Source: Eledone cirrhosa (lineage: Eukaryota). From it: a DNA stretch of 64,000 nucleotides. A model generated the notes under the pieces. That model saw only the letters and a list, made by a program, of their open reading frames with translations, made no database searches and was not told the DNA's origin. The position numbers were made by a program, and so were the translations under genes. The stretch is taken from the NCBI GenBank assembly GCA_964016885.1, contig OZ024743.1:59458001-59522000 (forward strand), written 5' to 3'. Of this stretch, positions 41,406-54,732 are shown piece after piece; position 1 is the stretch's first letter; every line of letters begins with the position of its first letter.

Positions 41406-42266
41406 TCATGGAGAGGTGTAATGTGTGAGGTCGGAGTTTATCAGCTCGTCCCAGATTTTTCTAGGTCTGCCTATTCCGTGGCTACCGTCTATCTTTATTG
41501 CCCTGCACTTTGTTATACAGCTATCGACTTTCATGCGCATCACGTGTCCATACCAACGTAACCTTCTCTCGAGTAAACAACATCTGATCCCTCTTATTTC
41601 TAATTTTTTCCTTAGTTCGTTTATGCTTTGCCGTTCACGTATATTACTATTACACTTCCAGCAGAGCATGCAAGCTTCGTTCCTCTCTAGTCTACGTATA
41701 TCCTCTGCACACAATGCCCAGGTCTCACTGCCATGCAACATTGCTGTCCGTATGCAGGCATCATACAACCTGCCTTTCATTTTTAGGGAGAACCCTTTAG
41801 CAGCTAATAGTGGTATAAGCTCTCTGAACTTTTTCCATCCAGTTCTGACTCTAGCTACTGTACTTTCAGAGCACCCTCCCCCACTGCTGATTTTGTCACC
41901 CAGGTAACGAAAGCTGTCCTCTATTTCTATAGAGCCCTCTGCGCAGTTGAAAGCGCTAGTATTTTGTGGGCACTTGCTGCTACTTATTGCACCAGAGCAC
42001 CGGCCACATGTGAAATCTATGTTCTTAGTTAGCTTACCTGTGATCCCACTACATCTTTTATGCACCCATACTTTGCATTTCTGACACAAAATGGAGTTTC
42101 TACCTACGCCTTTCCTACACACTGAGCATGGCCACTTCCCGGAAGGGACCGCCGCCTTATTTTCTTTCCTACAAACTAGAACTTTGGTCTTAGCCAGGTT
42201 AATTTTAAGGCCTTTTGATTCTAGGCCGTGCTTCCATGTTTGGAATTTCTTCTCTAGATCGGCCAT
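41406..42266 (-). pseudogene. RTE LINE ORF segment (RT C-terminal part, zinc-finger insert)
   Basis: 286-aa track ORF containing GLKINLAKTK, FRYLG, LHGSETW, RLRWYGHV, GRPRK. Confidence 0.9.
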
Positions 42267-42438
42267 TGATTCAGCTATGAGTGTTAGGTCGTCTGCGTAT
42301 AGGAGTTCCCATCGGCAGCCGGTCTTGAACTACTCTGTTATCGCCTGAAGGGCAATAATAAATAGTAGGGGGCTGAGAGCAGATCCCTGATGGACGCCAA
42401 CTTTTACGCTAAACTCTTCACTATATTCGTTGTTAATT

Positions 42439-43722
42439 CTAACCTTGCTGACTTTCTTTATACATGGCTTGTATAGCTCTCACAAGCCATTCGTCGACAC
42501 CTAGTTTTCTAAGAGCCCACCAGATAATGGAACGGGGGACTCTGTCGAAGGCTTTCTCCAAGTCGACAAAAGCTAAGTATAGGGGTTTACTTTTAGCTAG
42601 GTACTTCTCCTGTAGTTGTCGTACAATGAAAAGTGCGTCTGTGGTACTTTTGTCTGACACAAACCCGAACTGCATTTCATCTAGGTCAATTCTCTCTCTG
42701 ATTAGTTGCGCTATTACTTTTTCCGTGACCTTCATGACCTGGTCGATTAATTGAATGCCTCTATAGTTACTCCTATCTAGAGCATCTCCTTTACCCGTAT
42801 AACAGTTAACGATGATGTTGCTACGCCAGTCCTTCGGAACAACCCCATTCTGTACGACTTGGTTAACTATCCGGGTGACCATGGTGTGTCCCACCGTGCC
42901 AGATGCCTTCAGCATCACAGCAACTGTTTCCGAAGGTCCAGCTGCCTTACCCGTCTTCATATCCTTGATTGCCTTACTTATTATACTGCCCTCGACTAAC
43001 ACTGCTGGTCCCTCTATTGGGTCGATGTGGGGGAGACTGTCTTTATCCCATTTATTCTCCTCATTTAATAGCCTTTCATAGTGACACTTCCAAGCTACCT
43101 TCTTATCAGAGTCGGTGATGGCAAGTACGCCGTCATCATTAAGTACACACTTCTCCCCGACAATATCACGGTTTTCCTTGACACATTGCCTAGCAATCCT
43201 GAACACCTCACGTTTTTGGCCCTCGCGTTGTAGAACTTGCTTGAACTTTCTTTCCTCTGCTTCCATTCTTGCGAAGTACACTTGTCTCCTAGCTTCCCTC
43301 CTGGCTACTTGATAGTCTTCTCTACTTCCCCCATCCCGCCATAATTTCCAAGCCTGCTTTTTGGCCTTAATTGACCCCTCCACCTTACTGTTCCACCAGT
43401 ATGTTACTCTCCTCCTGCCTACAGGCCTGCTCCAGCCACTGACTTCGTCTGCCGCCATCAGCAGGTTTGCTTTCAGGAATTCCCACTGCTCCTCTATATT
43501 GTACAACTCTAATTGCTCTTCCCTACTGTCGAAAGCATCAAGTAGTATGCTTTTAAATTTATTTCTGGCTGTGGGGTCCTTTAGCTTCCATATTTTTCTC
43601 CTGAGGATAGTCCTCTTCTGTTGTCTAGTACGTCTCGTCCTGACTATTAGGTCGCTAATTATCAGTCTATGTTGGGAGGTGCATTCTTCATGGGGGAGGG
43701 ATTTAGTGTTTACAACAGACAC
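42439..43722 (-). pseudogene. RTE LINE ORF segment (APE end + RT N-terminal half)
   Basis: 427-aa track ORF with non-LTR RT motifs. Confidence 0.9.
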
Positions 43723-43904
43723 TCTGTCACGTCTTCTGGTAAGGATATAATCTACCTGGCTTGTGTGTTCTCCGGATCTATAGAGGATCAGGTGATTGTC
43801 ACGTTTTTTGAAGTTAGTGTTACAGATAGTTAGGTTATTTGCGTCACAGAATTCCAGGATTCTGGAGCCTTCCTCATTTCTAGTACCTCATTTCTAGTAC
43901 TGGG

Positions 43905-44203
43905 TGGTAAGCTAGAAGGTAAGGATTGAATGAGGTCCTCGTATTTAACAAGCGATAACAAAAATACAAGATTTATTTTGTTTAATACGACAAAAAACCC
44001 TCGTATTTAACAAGCAATAACAAAAAATACAGATTTGTTTTGGGAATACGACAAACTACATTAGGATTTGGCAAGATGGGAGGGTTGGACTGGATACGAA
44101 TGGAGTGTGGAAATGGTAGATAAATGTGTACATTACGTTACATGATATACCGTGAAGAAAGCAGCGATGAATTTGGCGACTGTGATTTACTTGAAGGGAT
44201 TAT

Positions 44204-44282
<79 letters not shown>

Positions 44283-44786
44283 GGGGGGGGGTTGGCCGCA
44301 TATTGTAGATATTGGGGTGGCTGACCACGAAACCCTCATGAAGTAGAGGGAGGAAGCGGAGATAGTAGGAGCGGAGTTTAGAGTTTTCGAAGTAACAAAT
44401 ATATTTAAAAGAATTTATAAGAAGAAGAAGAAGGAAAGGATTTTGTTTTCTTTTGAAAATACGATAGAATTAAGGAATTAGGGTTGGTAGATAGCGAGAA
44501 GGTAAGGATTGAATGAGGTCATCGTATTTAACAAGCGATAACAAAAATACAAGATTTGTTTTGTTTAATACGACAAAAAACCCTCGTATTTAACAAGCAA
44601 TAACAAAAAATACAGATTTGTTTTGGGAATACGACAAACTACATTAGGATTTGGCAAGATTGGAGGGTTGGACTGGATACGAATGGAATGTGGAAATGGT
44701 AGACAAATGTGTACATTACGTTACATGATATACCGTGAAGAAAGCAGCGATAAATTTGGCGAATGTGATTTACTTGAAGGGTTTAT

Positions 44787-44869
<83 letters not shown>

Positions 44870-45419
44870 GGGGGGATAGGGTTGGCCGCATGATGTAGAT
44901 ATTGGGGTGGCTGACCACCAAACCCTCATGAAGTAGAGGGAGGGGGCGAACATAGTAGGAGAGGGTGTTTAGAGTTTTCGAAGTAACAAATATATTTAAA
45001 ATAATTTATAAGAAGAAGAAGAAGGAAAGGATTTTGTTTTGTTTTGAAAATACGATAGAATTAAGGAATTAAGGTTGGGTAGATAGCGACAAGGTAAGGA
45101 TTTAATGAGGTCCTCGTATTTAACAACCGATAACAAAAATACAAGATTTGTTTTGTTTAAAACGACAAAAACCCTCGTATTTAACAAGCAATAACAAAAA
45201 ATACAGATTTGTTTTGCGAATACGACAAACTACATTAAGATTTTGCAAAATTGGAGGGTTGGACTGGATACGAATGGAGTGTGGAAATGGTAGAAAAATG
45301 TGTACATTACGTTCCATGATATACCGTGAAGAAAGCAGCGATGAATTTGGCGAATGTGATTTACTTGAAGGGTTTATCTTATATATATATAGATAGAGAG
45401 GGAGCGAGAGAGAGAGAGT

Positions 45420-45470
<51 letters not shown>

Positions 45471-45689
45471 GGGGGGGCATAGGTTTGGCCACATGATGTA
45501 GATATTGGGGTGGCTGACCGCGAAACCCTCATGAAGTAGAGGGAGGGGGCGAAGATAGTAGGAGCGGGAGTTTAGTTTTCGAAGTAACAAATATATTTAA
45601 AAGAATTTATAAGAAGATGAAGGAAAGGATTGTCTTTTGTTTTGAAAATACGATAGAATTAAGGAATTAAGGTTGGGTAGATAGCGAGA
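43905..45689. repeat. Three-copy tandem repeat (~585-595-bp unit) with an internal ~60-bp duplication and variable (AT)n(AG)n(G)n tract
   Basis: AAGGTAAGGATT at 43916, 44499 and 45091. Confidence 0.93.
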
Positions 45690-45695
45690 TATATT

Positions 45696-45773
<78 letters not shown>

Positions 45774-45847
45774 TATATATATATATATGAATATATATAT
45801 ATATATATATTCATATATATATATATGTATATATACATATATATATA

Positions 45848-45894
<47 letters not shown>

Positions 45895-45951
45895 TCATAT
45901 ATATATATATATATATATCTATTCATATATATATATATATATATATATCTA

Positions 45952-46057
<106 letters not shown>

Positions 46058-46075
46058 CATATATATATATATATA

Positions 46076-46780
46076 AACAATTAAGTTTGTCTGTTTGTTT
46101 ACATACAGACTAGCTGGACACTCACAGTAAAGTGTCCAGTGAAAAACTCAGTACATGTACATATGTATACATGTGTGTATTTATATGCATACTAATATTT
46201 CCGTATACATATGTAGATGTACACTTTTAACTTAATTGTTTAAGCGTCAGTCATACAAAAGTGAGTTAGAAGCGAAACGAAATTTAATTTCGTTTCGTTA
46301 TTTGTTTTTATCGTTTCCGCTGAACCGGTGCGTACAATGACTCACGTTCTATGCAAATTAGTCTGCCCACTACTAATTTTCATAGAAAAAGCATATAACG
46401 ATATGTGCTTTTACGATTCTCTAGAGAAGCCGGAAGATGGGTATATATTGCTGATGAGGTGTAATAACATCGAAACTAGTCCAATATTCCTGTCTGGCTC
46501 TCTGGAGAATAGAGGAAATGTGTTTCCTTGAAAACCCGTATGACTCTAAAACTCGGTGTGTCTGTTTGTTTACATACAGACTAGCTGGACACTCACAGTA
46601 AAGTGTCCAGTGAAAAACTCAGTACATGTACATATGTATACATGTGTGTATTTATATGCATACTAATATTTCCGTATACATATGTAGATGTACACTTTTA
46701 ACTTAATTGTTTAAGCGTCAGTCATACAAAAGTGAGTTAGAAGCGAAACGCAATTTAATTTCGTTTCATTATTTGTTTTC
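46076..46780 (+). mobile_element. Family A-related partial tandem (period ~471 bp) bracketing one intact HHR
   Basis: TCTGTTTGTTTACATACAGACTAG at 46090 and 46561 (~220-bp direct repeats). Short inverted 5' piece AAACAATTAAGTT at 46076. Confidence 0.85.
46445..46487 (+). ncRNA. Canonical minimal type-I hammerhead ribozyme; predicted cleavage after 46481
   Basis: AUAUUG-CUGAUGA-GGUGU aaua ACAUC-GAAA CUAG UC-CAAUAU: perfect stem I, 5-bp stem II, palindromic ACUAGU. Confidence 0.88.
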
Positions 46781-46819
46781 CTATATATATATTTATTCAT
46801 ATATATATATATATATATA

Positions 46820-47254
46820 TAAAATATTAAAAAAATAATGAATAAAACAATGAAACAGTTCCTTATATTAAACAAAAAAAGTTCATTATTTAACGATCGT
46901 TTCTAGGATATATATGTGTTAGAATTGGCATGCATATTCAACAGATCTATGTACAAAATTATACAAAATTATACAAAATTATACAAACTATCAAAATTTA
47001 ATATACATACCAACACATATATATGCCGTCTTCAGAAATAATTATTTCTGAAGACGGCATATATATGTGTTGGTATGTATATTAAATTTTGATAGTTTGT
47101 ATAATTTTGTATAATTTTGTACATAGATCTGTTGAATATGCATGCCAATTCTAACACATATATATCCTAGAAACGATCGTTAAATAATGAACTTTTTTTG
47201 TTGAATATAAGGAACTGTTTCATTGTTTTATTCATTATTTTTTTAATATTTTAT
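46820..47254. repeat. Near-perfect spacerless fold-back centred ~47041
   Basis: ~215-bp arms that differ mainly by one 10-bp ATACAAAATT unit. Confidence 0.93.
47041..47188 (+). ncRNA. Hammerhead with ~115-nt extended stem II (mirror 46885-47042 -)
   Basis: AUUAUUU-CUGAAGA-[AUAUAUAUGUGUUGG...CUAACACAUAUAUAU]-GAAAC GAUC GUU-AAAUAAU. Confidence 0.78.
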
Positions 47255-47416
47255 CTTGACTCTGTATTCCGTTTATCTTTCACCGAAAGTGATTTTTCAT
47301 TGCATCTCTTCTTTCCATGATATCCGGATTACATTGAGTTCTTCATACGGATTGGACACTACCGTAAACTCTTGGTAGATTTATCTACATATATATATAT
47401 ATATATATATTTATTC

Positions 47417-47488
<72 letters not shown>

Positions 47489-47621
47489 TCATATATATAT
47501 ATATATATATATACATATATATACATTCATATATATATATATATATATATGCATATATCTATATACATATATATACATATATCTATATATATATATACGT
47601 ATGTATATATATATATGTGTA

Positions 47622-47674
<53 letters not shown>

Positions 47675-47687
47675 GTATGTATGTATA

Positions 47688-47797
<110 letters not shown>

Positions 47798-48018
47798 TCG
47801 TTTCTGAATTTGTTTAGCAAGATTCTTTATCTGAAATCGTGTGTTGAAACCGATATTGTTATACTTTGGGAGGGTCATGTTGCCAATAAGAAACACACGC
47901 ACCAGTTGCTTTCACTTCAATTTATTATATATTTATAAATTTATAAATTTACAAATTTACAAACTTATAAATTTCTGGTTGGTTGGTTGGTTCCACAACC
48001 AGATAGTTGTTTATATAT

Positions 48019-48063
48019 AGTCATAGTCCTTTCGTCACACACTCTGTGACCTCTTCAGTGACT
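48019..48063 (-). ncRNA. Minimal hammerhead, family D (related: 53368-53410 -, 51533-51576 +, 3' half at ~53479-53510 +)
   Basis: AGUCA-CUGAAGA-G GUCACA gagug UGUGAC-GAAA GGAC UA-UGACU. Confidence 0.78.
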
Positions 48064-48572
48064 GGGGATTCCTTTCTTCGTTTCTGTGCCTTTCCTTTCT
48101 TCTATCCTACGCCATTTTGTTTCTGTGTTGTGTGCTCAGTTTGCGCATGCGCCACATCCGGGTGTCTGTGTGTGTTTGTGTTCATTTTTCTATTTGTTTA
48201 TTTATTTATTTATTGTTGGTTGGTTGTTTGTTCTATGTGTGTGTGTGTTTTCATTTTGTCCTGTGTGTGTTTTCATTTTGTGTGTGTTTTCATTTTGTCC
48301 TTAATTGTAAGTTGTTTGTTCTATGTGTGTGTGTGTTTTCATTTTGTCCTTAATTGTAAGTTGTGATGTTGCTGTTCCACTCATATTTTCTATTTAATTT
48401 TATTTTATTTTATTTTATTTTATTTTATAAGTTTGTAATTTTTATAAGTTTGTAAATTTCATAAGTTTGTAAATTTGGAAATTTATAAATCTATAAATAT
48501 ATAATAAATTTAAGTGAAAACATCTGGTGCGTGTGTTTCTTATTTGCAACATGACCCTCCCAAAGTATAACA

Positions 48573-48604
<32 letters not shown>

Positions 48605-48629
48605 ATATATACACATATATATATAACTC

Positions 48630-48802
48630 TTTCTACTTTTGGCACAAGGCCACCAATTTACCAGTGGATTACTGGTACTTTATTCTATCTACCCCGTATG
48701 GATGAAAGGCAAAGTTAACCTTGGCGGGATTTGAACTCAGACCGTAAAGGGACGTAACTATGCTGGAAAGCATGGCGCCGACCTTATACTGGTACTGCCA
48801 AT
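48630..48802 (-). mobile_element. tRNA/Nin-domain SINE copy
   Basis: Reverse complement of the SINE consensus. Confidence 0.85.
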
Positions 48803-49203
48803 ATTTAACGATAGCAGTTCAACGTTACATTTCACACCGGCTTGAGGCATAGAACGAGATTTCCTGTTGATGACGTGCATCCTCTGTTCGAGCATGGAAT
48901 AGCACAGGCCTACATATTACGTAAGCTGGATGGAGGAGTTCGCATTCATAGAAACCTATATGCCGTATTGCAAACTATCGTTCGATATGTCTAAGTGAGT
49001 TGTCTAACCTGATTAGTTTTTTCGTTGTTTTTGGTATTGTCTGTCTAGATCTGCATGCCGCAATTTTCAATTTGTTAAGCTATTTAAACATATGTTATTA
49101 ATCTAAGGGCCTACCTTATTGAGTGTTTTGCTGCTGATTCCTAATTGTAGGTAGTTAGCTTGGCCACAGCCAAAGCTTCGATTTTACTAAGCTTCCACTT
49201 GTA

Positions 49204-49239
<36 letters not shown>

Positions 49240-50416
49240 TTCAAAATATTAACAAAAATAGAACTTCTTGTGATCAAGTATATTTTATTATACATATATC
49301 AGAGGTACTGAGCTAACTTCAACAGTACGTCCTCATCAGATAAAATAAGATGATGCATGACATACACTGACATAGTAGATGGTTAAGATCCAGTCATGGA
49401 AGTGAGTAAGATATGACAAAACTCAATATTTATATACCTTAAGAATGATACATGAAAACACTTACATATAATACATATAATACAGAGTATGCGTGTGAGA
49501 AAGCTTAAAAAATACATAACAGCAATTTACATAACTGTGAGAGATTCAAATAATTATTGAAGAAAGAGGAAAAAAAAGTAAGACAGAGAGAAAATAGATG
49601 ATGGGAAAATATAGCTATTAGATGAAAGAGAGACAAAGAGGAATAATTATTGGGAGGGATGAATTATATATATCTATACATAACTATACATTTGAGCATA
49701 GCTAAGCGATAGAGTAAACTCGAATCACTGAATTATTGAATTATCTAGAAGTATTCATCAATCTAAATCCTAAATATAACTGGGTGTAATTATATGACGG
49801 TTAATTTCCTTAGTTAATTAGTTATATATACTATCCAAACGTATCCGGTTAACCATTAACATTCAAATCATTTAAGTTAGTTCAGAGTAATGAATTAATC
49901 AATGTGATTAATATTTCAGGCTATAAAAGTTTATAAATATCTGTATTAATATTAAAGTATACTATCATATTTAATTCATAAAATCATATTTTATGAATTC
50001 ATATTTAAAATATTTGCAAATATGAGAAAGAAGACATGATATTTTCCTCTTCACGAAGGTAAATCTTATTAAATGTTATTATATTATATTTAATTATTTA
50101 TATTATATTGAAGATAATTCGCATTATATAATTTATAAAATAATTAGAGTTATAATTTAAAAAATTAAGATTAACAATTAGAATGCCTTAAATCATCAAA
50201 AGGCCTTATAATTAAACTTTTAAAAAGTTTATTATTAAATTAGATATATGGATTTGTCTAAATATAAACAAAGATTATATTGTCTAAATGTTAAGATGAT
50301 ACGTATCAGTTATATATAACATAATATAATACAATAAATAAGTTACTGATAATATTGTTAAGAATTGTTAAAAATAAAGGTTTTAGATCATTTATTATAA
50401 TACGGTCATGTAATAC

Positions 50417-50447
<31 letters not shown>

Positions 50448-50606
50448 CATATATATACATATATATATATATACATATATATACATATATATATATTTAT
50501 ATATATATAAATATATATATGTATACATATATATATATATATAAATATATATATGTATACATATATATATATATATATATATAAATATATATATGTATAT
50601 ATATAA

Positions 50607-50743
<137 letters not shown>

Positions 50744-50744
50744 A

Positions 50745-50775
<31 letters not shown>

Positions 50776-50916
50776 AATATATATATGTATACATATATAT
50801 ATATATATATATATAAATATATATATATATGTATATATATAAATATATATATGTATACATATATATATATATATATAAATATATATATATATGTATATAT
50901 ATAAATATATATATGT

Positions 50917-50969
<53 letters not shown>

Positions 50970-51172
50970 TATATATATATGTATATATATAAATATATAT
51001 ATGTATACATATATATATATATAAATATATATATATATGTATATATATATATGTATATATATATATGTATACATATATATATATATAAATATATATATAT
51101 GTATATATATATGTATACATATATATATATATAAATATATATATATGTATATATATATGTATACATATATAT

Positions 51173-51223
<51 letters not shown>

Positions 51224-52053
51224 TATATAAATATATATATTTGTATATATATATATATATATGTCTACGCAATTTTTATTCAGTCTGTCTATATATTTAT
51301 TTATTTATTTGCTTGTTTGTTTATTTAACATATGAAAGCTGGCAAACAGGCACTAGTCACCCAATCACGAACACACATCACACATCAAACAAAAAACACT
51401 ATACACACACACACAAACGCATGCGCAAAGAAGACAAAATAAAATAAACAAACAAGCAAATAAATAAATAAATATATAGACAGACTGAATAAAAATGGTG
51501 TAGACATACAATGCAACGGGAGGAAACAATAGCACCACTGACGATGTTGCAGATGTGCAACGAAAGATTTATCATAAACAATATATATGTGTTTGTGTCT
51601 ATATTGTATCGGTATTATTTTTGACCTTTGGTCAGTCAATGGCAACATTGAGGACCGAGTAAGTTAGATTACCGATATAAAGGACACAGAAGCGAAAAGC
51701 GAAAACCAACCAAACAGTGAGTGTGTTCTGTTATTAATTCTGGCAATATTACACAAATATGACCCTCCCCAAGCATAACAATATATATATATATATATAT
51801 ATACGTATATAGAAAGAGAGAGTGAGAGAGAGAGAGAGGGGGAGATGGAGAGAGAGAGAGAGATTACGCACGTGCTTGTATTTGTCCAATTGTCATCTGT
51901 TTGTTTTCCCTTCTTTTCTCGTCTATATTCTTATTTTTACTTTTCTCACACACTAACTTCCTATGAAGGAATCAGGTTCCAGACGCTAGGAAATGTTTCT
52001 ACTACATCTACATGTTTCTACTACATCTACATGTTCCGTTCATCGTTTGTCTA

Positions 52054-52104
<51 letters not shown>

Positions 52105-52152
52105 TACACACACACACTGGCACACATTCACGAACACCCCAACATGTATTTC

Positions 52153-52211
<59 letters not shown>

Positions 52212-52828
52212 ATATACATATATATATACACTTATATAAACATACACTGGCAGACACACACGCACACACACGCATATATACATACACGCGCACTCATATA
52301 TATATATATATATATTTATACATACGTACATTCAAATATAGATACAGTTCCAGAGAGAGGATTGTAGAGCTGTTACTAAGGCACTAATATTAAATATACA
52401 AATACGTATACCGCCAGGATGTCTACATATATATTTATATAATAAATCATTATTGCTTGAGCTGCCCTTTAACTTCAGCATCTATTTAAATTGTAGTATC
52501 CTCCATTGCATATAATTATTGCGGTTGATAGTCTGTTTGCCAGCTTTCATATGTTAAATTGTCATTTCGTCAGTTATCTGTTTTACAGTAGAAAATTATA
52601 TTTATAACTGCCTTACACACATTTGTATATGTTTATATGTATATTATAAGTATATACATAAATACATATATGCATTAATATATACATACACGCATATATG
52701 TACACATACATATATAAATATATACATACACACCTGCATACATATCTTCATTCAAAATTACACATACCACAGACTGAAAAACAGACACATACACCTATAT
52801 ATGTGTATGTTTGTGTGCCTATGTCTGT

Positions 52829-53040
<212 letters not shown>

Positions 53041-53069
53041 GTACATATATATATATATATATGTACATT

Positions 53070-53132
<63 letters not shown>

Positions 53133-54482
53133 ATATATATATATATATATGTGTGTGTATGTGTGTGTATATACATATATAAAATTCGTTTTTGAATTGG
53201 TTTTACGAGATTTCTTATCTGAAAACGTGTGTTGAAACAGATATTGTTATAATTTGAGAGGGTCATGCTGCAAATAAAAACACACGCACCTGGTTATTTT
53301 CACTTCAATTTATCATAAATTTCTGGATGACTGGTTGGTTCCATAACCGGAAGGTTTATTATACACTGTCGAAGCTCTTTCGTCATACATTTTGTAACCT
53401 CCTCAGTGACCAGGTCTTTCTTTGTATCTCTCTTTTTTTCTGTCCTATAACATGTTGTTTTTGTGTGTCGTTTGTTGTGTCACAGAATGTGTGACGAAAG
53501 ACCTTTGGCAATATATAAGCAATATATTAGCGTATGTTTGGCAATATATAATCGTGTGATTTTATTGGCAACATGACCCTCCAAAAGTATAACAATATAT
53601 ATATATTTATATGTGTGTGTGTGAGTGTGTGTGTGTGTGTGCGCGTGTGTGTGTGTATTTGTGTGTGTGGTTGATGTGTGGTGCGTATGTACATTACACG
53701 TGTTCCAGCCGACAAGATGGGACCATGCTGGGGCAACGCTATATATATATATATATATATACTTATATTGATTTCTGTTTTTTCCCACTACAAAATATCA
53801 TCATCATCGGCATCATTATCTTCATCATTCCTATCATGATCATCATTTTAATCATCATCATTATACCGTTAATCATCATCAACATACCCATCATCTAATT
53901 CCTCTCTTCCGCCTGATCATCATGTCCTTCCTCATCCTAATCCTGATAATGGCAACTTACATCACCCTCATCCCCTCATCACCACAGCCACCGTCATAAT
54001 CCCGTCTACTAAATTACCTATCAGTACCAGTAGACTCATTATGTTGTCTTGTTACACTCATTTAACATCCCCTTCTATATCCCGTCCACTATCATAGACA
54101 ATGTGACCGAAATAAATGATCAGTTGTCATCCTTACATTGCTTCTTCTACTGTAATGTTGTGGAATGTAGTTACTGAACAAACTCAATTAGAACAGATTA
54201 TACACTTACTAACAGAGTCTATATAAATATACATGTTATTGTCTCAATCACTTGCCAGACAAGTGTTATGCCATGTTCTTTGCTTTTAAATTCTCCGAGA
54301 GTAAGTAGTACGGGCGCCGTCGTGTCACACTATATGTCTTCGACATATAAACTAGCCGGAGACAATTCCTCTCGATGTCTGAACAAAACATATTGCTTGC
54401 AGTGAGAGATAAAGAGGGGGGGGGGGGGGGGTAGCAAGAGAGAAAAAGAGAAAGAGGAGAAGAAGAATGAAGAGAGAGAGAA

Positions 54483-54527
<45 letters not shown>

Positions 54528-54732
54528 TATATATTAAATGAAAAATAGAAAGAGAGTTATAAACGATACCATTATTAGATGAGTACAATATTTATTGACC
54601 TCGAAATGATGAAGGGCCAAGTTGACTACGTCTTAGTTTAAATGCAGTGAGCCGGAATAAATAGAACATAGCATTTAATCCGACGTTCAATTCACCTTCT
54701 ACTGCCAGAAACGTTGTAGCCCGAAACATAGT

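Larger units (their letters stand above)
40961..43900 (-). mobile_element. RTE-clade LINE, 5'-truncated (APE C-terminus, PHD-like insert, RT), nearly intact
   Basis: APE end RNEEGSRILEFC..NTNFKK..SQVDYIL..SQHRL. RT motifs NYRGI, QFGF, FVDLEKAFDRVPR, GVHQGSALSPLLF, YADD (42288-42299), YLG, ERRLRWYGHVMR. Cys-rich CSVC..C..C..WVHKRC insert. 3' tail GGACGTTAAACGTTGATGATGATG. One frameshift (~42445) and one stop (~42330). Confidence 0.96.

Noticed and set aside
41425-43750. Plus-strand ORFs overlapping the LINE
   Set aside because: Antisense shadows of the RTE ORF.
43905-45689. CRISPR-like array, or hammerhead within the tandem repeat
   Set aside because: Long eukaryotic tandem units without unique spacers; no CUGANGA/GAAA pair with closing stems found.
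53797-54000. Ile-rich hydrophobic ORF end (53611-53898)
   Set aside because: Decayed (ATC)n low-complexity sequence.
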